A DNA stretch of 63,669 bases, the filler included, from Chiloscyllium plagiosum (lineage: Eukaryota), in NCBI RefSeq assembly GCF_004010195.1. It is 4 parts of 2 records of this genome, joined end to end, with 100 filler letters (N's around TTAATTAATTAA, not from the genome) between each part and the next. Parts side by side here need not be neighbours in the genome. Positions count along the whole stretch, not along the records: positions 1 to 18,954 come from NC_057711.1; 3 more parts are not named here. One strand, given 5' to 3'. This document shows, one piece after another, positions 1 to 11,872 of the stretch. A model generated the notes under the pieces. That model was not told the DNA's origin. It searched no databases and saw only the letters and a program-made list of their open reading frames with translations. Both the position numbers and the translations under genes were made by a program. Numbering within the stretch: position 1 is the stretch's first letter; every line of letters begins with the position of its first letter.

Positions 1-675
1 GCCCATTGGCCCATCTGGTCCTGATCCTGTTGTAATCTGAGGTCCACTACATCTCCAATTTTGGTGTCATCTGCAAACTTACTAACTGTACCCCTTATGC
101 TTACATTCAAATCATTCATGTAAATGACAAAAAGTAGAGGAACCACCATCGATCTTTGTGGCACTCCACTGGTCTCAGTCCTCCAGTCTGAAAAACAACC
201 CTCCACCACCACCCTCTGTTTTCTACCTTTGAGTCAGTTCTGTATCCAAATGGCTAGTTCTCCCTGTGTTCTCTGAGCTCTAACCTTGCTAATCAGTCTC
301 CCATGGGGAACCTTGTCGAATGCCTTACTGAAGTCCATATAGATCACGTCTATTGCTCTGCCCTCATCAGTCCTCTTCGCTTTTCAAAACACTCAATCAA
401 GTTTGTGAGACGTGATTTCCCACGCACAAAGCCATGTTGACTATCCCGAATCAGTCCTTGCCTTTTCAAATATGTGTACATCCTGTCCCTCAAGGTTCCC
501 TTCAACAACTTGCCCACCACCGAGGTCAGGCTCACCGGTCTCTCGTTCCCTGGCTTGTCTTTACTGCCCTTCTTAAACCAAGTTTGCCAACCTCCAGTCT
601 TCCGACACCTCACCTCTGACTATCGATGATACAAGTATCTCAGCAAGAGGCCCAGCAATCACTTCTCTAGCTTCA
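1..675 (-). mobile_element. CR1/HER1-type LINE ORF2 (RT) fragment
   Basis: ORF 350-613 contains KKGSKDKPGN.RPVSLTSVVGKLL...QHGFVRGKS. The minus strand near 60-80 reads KFADDTK. Confidence 0.9.
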
Positions 676-869
676 TGAAGGTTAAATTTGAATTAAAGCA
701 ATGAGTAAATTAAAGCTTTAACATTCATCTGTCAGTTTTGTGCAGTCTTCCTATTTGCATGTCCCTATCCATAATGTGTGAATTCATTTATTTTACATTT
801 CTAGTTCGGTTTTCTGAATGCATAATGTTTTTCAGGTTGAAATTCTGTAACAGTTTTATGTCCTTAAAG

Positions 870-1058
870 TCAGGAAGAATTGCTTCAGAAAAGGAGGTGA
901 CCAATGAGACCAGTGACTTGGAAGAAGGAGGCCTTGACCTCAGCATTGTCTTGAAGCCAATCAGTTGCTATATCTCTGACAGGAAAGAAATGTTAGAGCA
1001 GTGCTTCAGAGTCATAGGGGAGAGCAAGCTTCAGAAAATGCTCCCAGATATTTTAAAG
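870..1058 (+). CDS. CAAP1: CAAP1 (caspase activity and apoptosis inhibitor 1) internal coding exon, equivalent to human exon 2
   Basis: Encodes SGRIASEKEVTNETSDLEEGGLDLSIVLKPISCYISDRKEMLEQCFRVIGESKLQKMLPDILK, matching the recalled vertebrate CAAP1 motif SDLEEGGLDL..LKP..YISD.KEML.QCF..IGE.KLQKMLPD.LK. Acceptor ccttaaag|TCA (nearby alternative AGs exist), donor AAG|gtactg, 189 nt, phase 0/0. Confidence 0.93.
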
Positions 1059-1748
1059 GTACTGTGTAACAATAAAGGATCACTTAATATATCATTGTAT
1101 GGCCTTTAACGCAATTTAAAAACCTGTTTGAGTAAAACTTGATGTTTTTCGCAAGGGTGTAAATGAAAAATGGGCTTTTTATGGCCAAGCAGCTGCTTTG
1201 ATTGTTTATAAATGTATGCGATAGGTATTATGATCCAGTTAATCTTATTTTAATTCCTACTTCAAGTTATAGATTAAATTTTAACAGCTTATCTTCATAA
1301 TATGCCTTGATAATCTAGCTGCAATAATGTTCAGATAGATCTGGAAAAATTCATATGGGAATAGACTGGGAAGACAGGAACATAGGATACTGTACTCATC
1401 TGGAATCAATTTTGAATAGTGTTAGTTGATGTATGAAGTTGTTCAAAACTTGGAAAAGAAAACAGAATGCACAACCTCAGAAGCTAACTGGACGTGTCCA
1501 TAAAGTGGCCTTAAATCTAGACCACTGGCTAACTGCTCGCATTTGGCTAAACCCCTCTTTTCATGTTCAGTGGATTTTTGCCTCACATTGGTGATTTCTC
1601 TTATGAGCAATTAAATGAGCTCAATTAATAATGAGCTAACTTATTAAATAGCCTTATTTGTAATGTTTAATAACTGCATCTTATGACCTGTTTGCCTGGC
1701 TTATGAGAGGGGATTATTTTTTGCAATACTTCTGCTTGTTTCCGGCAG

Positions 1749-1833
1749 AACTGCTCTGTGGAAGAAATTAAAGCTCTCTGCTTGGAGCAACTGACACTTT
1801 TGTCTGATAAGAAACTTCTCCAAATTATTGAAG
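1749..1833 (+). CDS. CAAP1: CAAP1 coding exon (exon 3 equivalent)
   Basis: tttccggcag|AAC...GAAG|gtaaga. Encodes NCSVEEIKALCLEQLTLLSDKKLLQIIE(G); human as recalled is NCSIEEIKKLCQEQLELLSEKKILKILEG. 85 nt, phase 0/1. Confidence 0.96.
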
Positions 1834-2224
1834 GTAAGAAGTAGTCTTTCTGCTTTTTCAGTGGAAGAGGACATAATGTTGGGCAGAAAACAATTTGCAG
1901 TGTGGATCAACAATTTGTAATGTTGTACAACTTTGTACATTAGCCCTTATGAAAAGGCGGAATGGAATTTAAATGTAAGAAGTCTTGCTTCAACTGTATA
2001 GGAACTGGTGAGACCATATCAGAACAGTACATATAGTTTTGATTCCTTACTCGCATTGGAAGCAATTTATAATAGGTTCACCAGAGGAGTTTGTCTTTTA
2101 GCAAGTGTTGAGCAGGTGAGGCCTAACCTCATGGGATATGAATAATATGGATGTTTGTATGGGATGAAACATTCTAAGAGGGAAAAGTATACAGAAAACA
2201 AAATCGCTAAATGTTGTGAAGTAG

Positions 2225-2530
2225 TAGATTAGATTAGATTCCCTACAGTGTGGAAACAGGCTGTTCGGCCCAACAAGTCCACACCGACCCGCCAAAGAGT
2301 AACCCACTCAGACCCATTTCCCTCTGACTAATGCACCTAACGCTATGGCCAATTAACCTGACCTGCACATCTTTGGACTGTGGGAGGAAACTGGAGCACC
2401 CGGAGAAAACCCACACCCACACGGAGAGAATGTGCAAACTCCACCCAGACAGTCGCCTGAGGCTGGAATCAAACCTGAGACCCTGGTGCTGTGAGGCAGC
2501 GGTGCTAACCACTGAGCCACCGTGCTGCCC
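2225..2530 (-). mobile_element. HE1-like tRNA-derived SINE
   Basis: Minus strand starts GGGCAGCACGGTGGCTCAGTGGTTAGC (A box), has a GGTTTGATTCC B-box-like motif and a CR1-like tail ending in (AATCT)n. About 9 related copies are in the window. Confidence 0.88.
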
Positions 2531-3228
2531 AGTAGGCGAGGTGTATTTCCTAAGGTGGTAGCTGTGCATAGGATCTTTGGTTAGACTTAGAAATAAGATT
2601 ACTGGAATCAGTATGAGGGATTGCGCTGATTTCACGTTCAAAGCTTGGCAATGGAAATCATGATGGCAAAGAACGGGGGACAAACAAATAGACTAACTGT
2701 GCTATATAAAGTTTGGAATAGATCAATGGGAATTGACAGGCACCAGCATCTGATGCTGTCTGACAAAGTCAAACCATAAGATAGCTGTCCACAGAAACTA
2801 CAAAAGTCACTCATTTGGAGACATTGCGTTAACAATCTTTCTTCCAGAGAAGTGCAATGCCCCGTTGGAACAGGCTCTCAAAGGAAATAGTCACAACCCC
2901 ATCTCTTGAAATCTTCAAGACTCCATGTTAGTGAAAGCTTCAAAGATCAAGGCTGCCACCCTCGGCAGGTCATAACTGGTTTAGCGAATGCTGATATATC
3001 AATGTTGGGATATAGTCCATACTGTGTCACAGCTGAAACAGATTGTATTCTGTTTTCCAGGTGAAGTTAGGCATAAGAAGCAATCAGGCTGCTTTGACAG
3101 TGTATAGACTGAAACACTCACATTAAGTGTAACATTTCAATATTAGAATAAATTGAGAGATTAAACTGTGCCCTATGCATCTGTCTGCAAGTCACTTTTC
3201 ACCGTAAAGGGAGTTATTGCATTTATAT

Positions 3229-3357
3229 CTGATGAAGGGCTTTTGCCCGAAACGTCGATTTTCCTGCTTCTCAGATGCTGCCTGACCTGCTGTGCTTTTC
3301 CAGCACCACACTAATCTAGACTCTGGTTTCCAGCATCTGCAGTCCTCACTTTTGCCT
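3229..3357 (+). mobile_element. PLE pseudo-LTR (pLTR) fragment with hammerhead core (family A)
   Basis: CTGATGA-A-GGGC-TTTT-GCCC-GAAACGTC at 3229-3256, followed by the same 3' sequence that ends the PLE copy at 42702-42826. Confidence 0.88.
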
Positions 3358-3694
3358 AAAATGTAATACACTGCCAACATACAGGGTATTTTTCTTTACA
3401 TCAAAGTGATTTTCAATCTTCCTACCTTGACCCCAGTGTAGAAAGAATACGAATGCCATGGATAAATTCACCAGTCTGAAACCTTAAAGTTAAACTAATA
3501 TGAGGAAAGGCTTTTGTTTTGGGGGTTATTTCTACTTAATATTTGAAGTGCTAATATGTCCTATTGACTTTTAAAAAAAGAATTGATGATCAAGCCTTTT
3601 TGGGAACCATCCTGATGATTGAAATGACTTGACAAAGAATTAAAGATGTTGACATGACAAAAACCTAATAATAAACTTGTTCCTGCAATGTTAG

Positions 3695-4242
3695 ACTTTA
3701 GTCAGGCCACATTGGGAGTAGCCGTGCAGTTCTGGTTGCCACATTATTGGGAGATGTGGAAGCTTTGGAGAGGATGCAAAACAGACTTACTAGATATTAT
3801 CTGGATTGAAGTGTATAGCGAAAAGGAGAGGTTGGACTAACTTGAATTGTTTTCTCCGGAGTGTTGGAAGCTGAGTGGCGACGTGATAGAGGGCAATAGA
3901 TGTAAAATTGGAAGGCATGGATAGGTTGGAGAGTCAGTCATTTTTCCAGGGTGGTAATGTCAAATACTAGGAGCGAGAGGTTTAAGGTGAGAAGGGAAAA
4001 GATTAAAGGAGATGTACGAGGAAAGTTTTTTTTAAACAGAGGCTAGTAGGTGCCTGAAACTCACTGCCAAGGGAAGTCAGAGAAGCAGATGTGTGAGCAT
4101 AGTTGAAGAGGCATTTAGACAGACACATGAGCAAGCAAGGAATGGAAGGGATATGGGCCTCGTCCAGGCGATGGGAGTAGTTTAAAATGACATCATAGTG
4201 GGCCAAAGGGCTTATTACTAAGCTGTACCATTCTATGTTCTA
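3695..4242 (+). mobile_element. CR1-type LINE 3' fragment
   Basis: Degenerate VRPH.EY..QFW and ALERMQ..FTR motifs, with a TTCTATGTTCT tail. Confidence 0.8.
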
Positions 4243-4439
4243 ACATTGAAATAATTAATAAATGATTCATGTCATACTAATGTTAAATCTCTGATCTCTA
4301 TATGCTTTGTATTTGGATAAGGATTACTAAGTCTGACAGCAGAAATTTTATATTTCTAAATTCAAATTTTAAATATTCCGACATCATTCCAGGTTCGGAA
4401 ACTTATGTTGCAATATTTGAAACAATGTTTTTATTCCAG

Positions 4440-4521
4440 GTGAAGACCTTGGTTCATCTGATACTGAAGAGGAAGTGGGAGAGAATGATAGGTACAAGAA
4501 GAAATTGGAAACAGAAAGTCA
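4440..4521 (+). CDS. CAAP1: CAAP1 coding exon (exon 4 equivalent)
   Basis: tttttattccag|GT...CA|gtaagt. Encodes acidic (G)EDLGSSDTEEEVGENDRYKKKLETES(Q). 82 nt, phase 1/2, compatible with both flanking exons. Confidence 0.9.
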
Positions 4522-4711
4522 GTAAGTAGAGTTCTGAAGTTTTCAATATTCTAAGTTTGGTTCTTGAAGTTGCTGCAGTGAACAAATGTAATCCCTTGAT
4601 TTATTTTTCTGTTAAATAGTTAAAGATATAATTTAAAAAAAAACTTAAATGAACGGAGTAACAATGTTCCCTGTGTAGTCCCTTCAAAATCTTGTATGTT
4701 TCAGTGAGATG

Positions 4712-5400
4712 AGATCTGGGTACCACACCTTACAAAGGGTACATTAGCCTTGGAGGGAGTACAACATAAGTTTGCCAGGATGATGCCTGGACTTAAGGTT
4801 GGTACCACTTTGAGGGCCGAAGGGCCTGTCCTGCGCTGTAATGTCTTATGTTCTATGATTTCAGGGGATAAATTATGAAGAGAGATTACACAAATTTTAG
4901 ACCTGTTTTTTTTGAGAATTTAGAAGGTTCAGGATGATCTATCAAAGGGTTCCAAGTGGCACTGTGCCTCAATGGTTAGCACTGCTGCCTCGTGGTGCCC
5001 GGGACCTGAGTTCAAAGCTCTTCGGAGGGTTGGTGTGGATTCATTGGGCTGAATGGCCAGCTTCCACAATGTAGGCATTCTATGATACAGGAAAAGACGA
5101 TGTAGATGAACTATTTTCACTGATTGGGGATTCTAGAGTCTGAGAATTGGGGCCAGACCATTCAGGAGAGATGTTAGGAAGCCCTTCTACACACAGGGGC
5201 CAGCTGATGTTTGGAACTCTCTTCCACAAATGGCCATGGATTCTGGATCAGTTGTTAATTTTAAATTTAAGTTAAACGTTTGGAAAGTAAAAGTATTAAG
5301 AGGTATGTGCCAAAGGCAGGTATGTGGAGTTAAGCTACAAATCAGCCATGCGCATCGTGGAGCAGATTCAAGGGCTGAATGGTCTACTGCTGTTCCTATG
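4712..5400 (+). mobile_element. CR1-type LINE 3' fragments with a nested, internally deleted SINE (about 4957-5087)
   Basis: Similar to the LINE 3' end at 21575-22116. SINE head reads TGCCTCAATGGTTAGCACTGCTGCCTC. Confidence 0.7.
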
Positions 5401-5644
5401 TATATTATCTTTTATAACCCTTGAATATAGGCTCAGTGCTAAGATGTGACTTCACAAGCCTGTTAAAGTACAGATTTGAGATGGCCCAGGGAATCCCTTG
5501 TGGACTCAGACCTGTGAAGCCTCTCTGTTGGTTTGTCCTGGAGACTGTACTCTTTAGAAGTCTGGAATAAAAACCTCTTACAGTTTAGTTTAATTTTAGT
5601 CATCCCCTTTATTCACTAATAGCATCACTGTTACAACATGATAT

Positions 5645-6366
5645 TGATACCTATAAGCTAAACTAACTAGGTTCTAATAACCTAGGAGTGTAGGGTACCA
5701 GCTCTTCAAGTGCCCTAGCAGGCTACTCTGATGTACTGATACAAATTGGCTTCCTTTATACAAAAGTTTACAAAAACATTGCATGTCTTAATTAGACAGA
5801 TAACAGTGAAAGACAATAATTCGTAAGGTAGAAAAGTTAATTGACAGGTCTGTGTACGCTTGACTATCACTCCTCCAGGCCTTCAGCTATCCATCAGGTG
5901 GGAAAGAGAAATCCAGCTGAGTTAGGCGTCTGTGGCGAGATAAGTTCCTATAAAGAAGTACCAGTCTAAATTAAGTGTGGAGATGTCATAAAGTAACCTT
6001 GCACAGCTCGCATGTCTGATACCATTGTTTTACGAAATGGCTCCTTAGCAAGGAAGGCAAACTTTTAACCATAAAATGGCTTCCCAACAGATTGTGTCAG
6101 AATCTCTTCAATGTTAGGTTTAGAATACTTTTAAGCTGCGAGCATATTCCTTTATTTTATCTTAAGCACAGAATCATTCTGTACCTGAGGCTGAAATGTT
6201 ATTGCCAGGTTGTATTTAAAATGATCAATTAGTCTCAAATTAAACATGCCTTCTTTTCAAGTTTGTGATTCAAATTCAAATAAGACATAAAATCTGATTA
6301 GTTAGAATTGACAGTGGGGCAGTCTGTAAGGCCTGTAAAAACAGCAAGTAAGTTAAAGCTTTATCA
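5645..6366. mobile_element. Probable solo LTR (ERV- or Gypsy-type)
   Basis: Termini TGATA (5645)...TATCA (6366) form a 5-bp inverted repeat. A 4-bp direct repeat ATAT flanks it (5641-5644 and 6367-6370). 722 bp with no coding remnant. Confidence 0.6.
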
Positions 6367-6879
6367 ATATTTCCTTTTACAGAGTTTGCACTTCATAACT
6401 AGTAATGGCTACTCAAAATCATCAAAACGTCTCAAAATGCAATTAAATTCGATCCAAAGCAGATAAGCACTAAAAGTTAATTTTCTACTGGATTCAACAG
6501 TCTCAGCACTAAAATGGTCTCTCTCTCAAGTGTCCTTTTGAACTCTCAAGTTAGCAAAGATTTTTTCTTTCTCTCTATATCTGCCCTGCTTGCAAAGGGT
6601 AATAAGAATCCATTATAGTGGACAAGATCCAACCGTTAATTACAAAGCTTTTGATAGTACCAAGTTTCATTTCAGGGTCCGATTCAAACACTGTCATTAA
6701 TTTCAAAGGGAACGGCTGTGAATGTTATCACTTGGTGTCCTGTTCACACAGATTCACTGATGCTAAGGCAAATGTCCTTAATTGGAGGAGAAAGTGAGGT
6801 CTGCAGATGCTGGAGATCAAAGTTGAAACTTTATTGCTGGAACAGCACAGCAGGTCAGGCAGCATCCAGGGAACAGGAG

Positions 6880-6914
6880 ATTCGACGTTTCGGGCACAGC
6901 CCTTCCTCAGGAAT
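6880..6914 (-). ncRNA. Minimal type I hammerhead ribozyme motif
   Basis: Minus strand reads AUUC-CUGAGGA-A-GGGC-UGU-GCCC-GAAACGUC-GAAU, with helix I AUUC/GAAU and helix II GGGC/GCCC. Confidence 0.78.
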
Positions 6915-6999
6915 GAGCAGAGAGTGTTCACGTTGGAACGCCCCTCCTCCAAGTCCCTCCTCCCTACCTTTTATCTTCTCCTGCGAACACTCTCTGCTC

Positions 7000-7035
7000 A
7001 TTCCTGAGGAAGGGCCTGTGCCCGAAACGTCGAAT
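7000..7035 (+). ncRNA. Minimal type I hammerhead ribozyme motif
   Basis: AUUC-CUGAGGA-A-GGGC-CUGU-GCCC-GAAACGUC-GAAU. All core nucleotides are present; predicted cleavage is after GUC at 7031. Confidence 0.8.
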
Positions 7036-7409
7036 CTCCCTGTTCCCTGGATGCTGCCTGACCTGTGCTGTTCCAGCAATAAAGTTTCAACAAATGTCCT
7101 TAATTGCCTTGCAGCATCCTGTTATCACTTGGTGAGCCCAGATGTCCCTATCTTCTGCATTCCTTGAGATTCCCCCCTTTTTCTGAGCCTTCCTGCCTGT
7201 CTATTTTCTAGTGCAGTAAATGTGTTCTATAATTCAGCATTACATTTTAGTCTAAATGTTTAAAGACAAGTTTTAAGGCTAAGACTTTCTCAAGCCAACA
7301 GAAGACTTCGTTGCAAGTTATGGTTGTCATTTACCTTATGCAATCTATTGGGTAGTGCTGAGATATTTTGGCATGAACATGCAGCTAACTGATGTCACAG
7401 CTCAAATTG

Positions 7410-7553
7410 TATGCTATGTACTCTGTTATTTTCTCCCCATCCCCACCCCCCTCTCTTTTATCTCTCCACCCTGCAGGCTTCCTGCCTCTATTCCTGATGA
7501 AGCGCTTTTGCCAAGGAGCAGGAAAATCAACGTTTTGGACAAAAGCCCTTCAG
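7410..7553. mobile_element. Decayed PLE pLTR with a short inverted segment
   Basis: A + strand pLTR ending in CCTGATGAAGCGCTTTTGCC is joined to the inverted GGAAAATCAACGTTTTGGACAAAAGCCCTTCA. Confidence 0.75.
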
Positions 7554-7610
7554 TAAAAAAAAAAACTCTTGAAATAAAAATCTGATGATGACAATGAAAC
7601 CACTGTCAAA

Positions 7611-9165
7611 AGTGGCAGGGGGAGTTGAAGTGTTGAGCCACGGGGTGGTTGGGTTGGTTGGTGCGGGTGTCCCAGAGGTGTTCTCTGAAACGTTCCGCAA
7701 GTAGACGGCCTGTCTCCCCAATGTAGAGGTGGCCACATCGGGTGCAACGGATACAGTAAATGATGTGTGTGGAGGTGCAGGTGAATTTGCGACGGATATG
7801 AAAGGATCCATTGGGGCCTTGGGGGGAGGTGTGGACGCAAGTTTTGCACTTCTTGCGGTTGCAGGGGAAGGTGCCAGGAGTGGAGGTTGGGTTGGTGGGG
7901 GCGGTGTGGACCTGACGAGGGAGTCGTGGAGGGAGTGGTCTCTCTGGAACGCTGATAGGGGAGGGGAGGGAAATATATCCTTGGTGGTGGGGTCTGTTTG
8001 GAGGTGGCGGAAATGACGGCGGATGATACGCTGTACATGGAGGTTGGTGGCGTGATAGGTGAGGACCAGAGGGGTTCTGTCCTGGTGGCGATTGGAGGGG
8101 CGGGGTTCAAGTGCGGAGGAGCGGGAAGTGGAGGAGATGCGGTGGAGAGCATCGTCGACCACTTTGGCGGGGAAATTGCGGTCTTTGAAGAAGGAGGCCA
8201 TCTGGGTTGTTTGGTATTGGAACTGGTCCCCCTGGGAGCAGATGCGGCGAAGGCGAAGGAATTGGGAATATGGGATGGCGTTTTTACAGGGGGCAGGGTG
8301 GGAGGAGGTGTAATCTAGGTAGCTTTGGGATTTGGTCGGTTTGTAGTAAATGTCTGTGTTGAGTTGGTCGCCCGAGATAGAAATGGAGAAGTCTCGGAAG
8401 GGGAGGGAGGAGTCTGAGACTGTCCAGGTAGATTTGAGGTCGGGGTGGAAGGTGTTAGTAAAGTGGATGAACTGTTCAACCTCCTCGTGGGAGCACGAGG
8501 TAGCGTCAATACAATCATTGATATAGCGGAGGAAAAGGTGGGGGTGGTGCCAGTGTAGCTGCGGAAGATGGACTGTTCCACATATCCGACGATGAGGCAG
8601 GCATTGCTGGGGCCTATGCGGGTGCCCATGGCTACTCCTTTGGTTTGGAGGAAGTGGGAAGATTGGAAGGAGAAGTTGTTAAGTGTGCGGACCAGTTCAG
8701 TCAGTCGAAGGAGGGTGTCAGTGGAAGGGTACTGGTTGGGTCAGCGGGAGAGGAAGAAGCGGAGGGCTTTGAGGCCATCGTGATGGGGGATGGAGGTGTA
8801 TAGGGACTGAATGTCCATGGTGAAGATAAGGCGTTGGGGGTCGGGGAAGCGAAAATCATGGACGAGGTGGAGGCCGTGGGTGGTGTCCTGAACGTAGGTG
8901 GTGAGTTCTTGGACTAAGGGGGACAGGACAGTGTCAAGGTATGCAGAAATGAGTTCGGTGGGGCAAGAGTAGGCTGTGGATTTTGGACAGGTGGTAGAAA
9001 CAGAGATTGGAAGCGGTGGATGGGAGATCTCCTGAGGTGATGAGGTTATGGATGGTCTGGGAGATGATGGTTTGGTGGTGGGAGGTAGGGTCATGGTCAA
9101 GTGGGCAGTAGGAGGAGGTGTCCACGTGCTGGCGTCTAGCTTCAGCGGTGTAAAGATCGGTGCCT
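7611..9165 (-). mobile_element. Penelope-like element (Neptune-type), frameshifted RT plus GIY-YIG endonuclease
   Basis: Minus-strand peptides FTMDIQSLYTSIPH, MGTRIGPSNACLIVGYVEQ and FTCTSTHIIYCIRCTRCGHLYIGETGRLLAERFREHL (GIY-YIG with CxxC). Confidence 0.93.
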
Positions 9166-9344
9166 TTGCAATATCTGGTACCTTCAGCTTTTTTTTTGAT
9201 ATCCAACCGAACACTTTAATACTGTTTGAATTAGCTGAGCAAGCTACTCAGTTGTATACTGTGCAACTGCTTCAAAGTCTGATGAAGAGAGTGAGGCCAG
9301 ATGGACCATCTCGCATTAACTAATAAACTGGAAATGACTAACCA

Positions 9345-9850
9345 CTTCCAGCCCTGTCAACCCTGCCAAATTCTTCTTACTACTATTTTGGGGGCCTACA
9401 CCAAAATTGGGAATGCAGTCCCACAGACTTGTCAAACAAAAGCCTGAAATTATCATTCCCCAGGCCAAATCACTGCACCAAGTCTAATTGAATGAAGACT
9501 GCAAGAGCGAATGCTTCCTGCTGCTATATGCATATCTAAAAGAGATCTGTGAACCTGGTGAAGCTACAACAGTTTGTGTGTGTGTGTGTGTGTGTGCGTG
9601 CGCATGCACGTGCTGAACAGCATACTTAGCACAAGATACAACTAAGCACTGTCACAGCCAAAGGTTCAGATGTAAGATCTATATATCCTGCCACATTCAG
9701 TTGTGTGCAATAGTAGACAGTTAAACAACTTGCTTGAAGAGAAAGCTGCAAAAAATGTCCCCATCCTCTGATGGAGTCCAGCACGTCCCTGCAAAAGATA
9801 ACACTGAAGCATTTGCATGCAGCTCCAGCCAGGAGTGCTGAGTGTGCATT
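9345..9850 (+). mobile_element. Highly decayed non-LTR LINE fragment (endonuclease N-terminus and linker)
   Basis: Degenerate IWGL.PKLG...HRLVKQKPEIII-type peptide, interrupted by (GT)n at about 9575-9600. Confidence 0.5.
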
Positions 9851-10566
9851 TTTGTTCGATGCTACAATGAGAACACTAGGATATGTGTCAAAGAATGGCC
9901 TTTACTTCTGTAATGTTCTGCAAATGTTGGAATCTTAGTTGATCGTTCACAAAAATTGTGGATTTTTATTGAAAGTGCAATGGGAAATGGGAGACAAATG
10001 TTAGATCTTAAACCTTCTGTAAAATTGCATTTGTTCAATTTAGAAATCTCCATGTGAAACACATTATTGTGCTTGTTCAAATTACTCACTTTGGTACCTT
10101 TTTAATGGTCATGCATCAGTGTTATTTAAAATAATATTTTGTCATTATAAATTCATATGTTCAGATTTTTAATATAAACAATGTAATTACAGGATGGCCT
10201 CCTTTCATTTCATATGCACCCATATACATTGATGTTGCTTTTGTGATTTTTTCCATGGTTGTTCTTTGTGAAGAATAAGTGAGTCTTTCTGCAAATTCTC
10301 GTTTTTGATGCATTTGATTTGTTAGCGAGGTGTTGCAATTTAATAATTCGAATGATTTTTAGTTGTCGGCTTTTTTCTTTTTGCTTTGCAAGAAGAGATT
10401 ACTTTGCAGAACCAAAATCACATGCTTTGCGGTGTTGGGAATCATGAATTATTTCACTTCAAAGCACCTGGGCAAGCTAGCATGTTGTTTACTTTTTAAA
10501 AAACTTGACATTCTCAACTGTTTTGGAGAGATAAAACACTTCGATGTACTTAGTTTTTAATCATGG

Positions 10567-10715
10567 TTAAAAATCGCGCAACGCCAGGCTATAGTCCAAC
10601 AGGTTTATTTGGAAGCACTAGCTTTGAGTGCCACTCCTTCATCAAGTGGTTGTGGAGGTTACGATCATGCTTACAGAATTTACAGCCAAAGGAATCCAGT
10701 GTTATGGAGATGTGA
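10567..10715 (-). mobile_element. PLE pLTR fragment (family C) with decayed hammerhead
   Basis: Minus strand reads CAC-TTGATGA-AGGAGTGGCACTC-AAAGCTA-GTG. Homologous to 16861-17065 and 30160-30290. Confidence 0.7.
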
Positions 10716-10727
10716 TACAGTAAACAA

Positions 10728-11872
10728 TGGATGTAGATTTGCTCGCTGAGCGGGAAGGTTCGTTTTCAGACTTTTCCTCACCATATTAGGTAACATCATC
10801 AGTGAGTCTCTGGATGAAGCACTGGTGGTGTAGCCCGATTTCTATGTGTTTGTGTTTCCTTGTGTTGGTGATGCCATTTACTATCCTTTTTCTCGGAGTG
10901 GTAAATAGGATCCAAGTCGATGTGTTTGTTGATAGAGTTCTAGTTGGAATGCCATGCTTCTAGGAATTCTTGTGCATGCCTCTGTTTGGCTTGACCTAGG
11001 ATGGATGTGTTGCCCCAGTTGAAATGGTGTCCTTCCTCATCCATATGTAAGGATACTAGTGAAAGTGGGTCAAGGTTTCTGTGTGGCCAGTTGATGTTCA
11101 TGTATCCTGGTGGTTCGTTTTCTGCTTGTTTGTCCAATGTAGTGTTTGTTACAGTTCTTGCAAGGTATTTTGTAAATGACATTAGTTTTGCTTGTCTATA
11201 TAGGGTCTTTGAAGTTCATTAGCTATTGATTTAGTTTGTTGGTGGCTTTGTGGGTTACCATGATGCCAAGAGGTCTGAGCAGTCTGGCAGTCATTTCTGA
11301 GATATCTTTGATGTAGAGGACAGTGGCTAGGGTTTCTGGGTGTGTTTTGTCTGCTTGTTTGGGTTTGTTGCTGAGACATTGGCGGACTGTGTTCATTGGG
11401 TACCTGTTCTTTTTGAATACATTGTCTAGGTGATTTTCCTCTGCCCTTCATAGTTTCTCTGTGCTGCAGTCTGTGGTGGCTCATTTGAAACAATGTTCTA
11501 ATGCAACTCCATTCGCAGTTGTTAGGATGGTTACTTCTGTAGTTCAATATCTGGTCAGTATGTGTTGTATTGCTGTAGTCGCTGGTTTGAAGTTTTCTGT
11601 TGGCTGTTCGCTCTACTGCGACATCTAGGAATGGCAGTTTGTTGTTTTCCTACTCTTTAGTGAATTTAATGCCACTAGGATGTTACTGATGGCCTTGAAG
11701 GTTTCCTCTAATTTGTTTCGTTTAGTGATGCCAAAGGTGTCATCCATGTAGCGGACCCAAAGTTTGGGTTGGATGGTTGGCAGAGCTGTTTGTTCGAGTC
11801 TCTGCATTACTGCCTCTGCTAAGAACCCTGGTATCGGAAATCCCGTGGGTGTTCCGTTGGCTTGTCTGTAGG
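10728..11872 (-). mobile_element. Penelope-like element (Poseidon-type) RT C-terminus, endonuclease remnant and pLTR
   Basis: Peptides PIPGFLAEAVMQRLEQTALPTIQPKLWVRYMDDTF, NYRSNHP and FNWGNTSILGQAKQRHAQEFLEAWHS. A hammerhead-like motif lies at 10766-10805. Confidence 0.9.

Larger units (their letters stand above)
6785..7090. mobile_element. Foldback PLE pLTR insertion with a hammerhead on each strand
   Basis: Inverted arms of about 110 bp. 16-bp TSD CAAATGTCCTTAATTG at 6769-6784 and 7091-7106. The left arm has an extra ~36-nt tail. Confidence 0.92.

Noticed and set aside
738..1109. 123-aa ORF as a stand-alone gene
   Set aside because: Only 870-1058 is CAAP1-like and it is bounded by splice sites. 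The rest is intron read-through.
7169..7184. Minus-strand AGAAAAAGGGGGGAAT, matching a gammaretroviral polypurine tract
   Set aside because: It is not followed by a TG LTR start and lies about 800 bp from the putative LTR. It is low complexity and probably chance.
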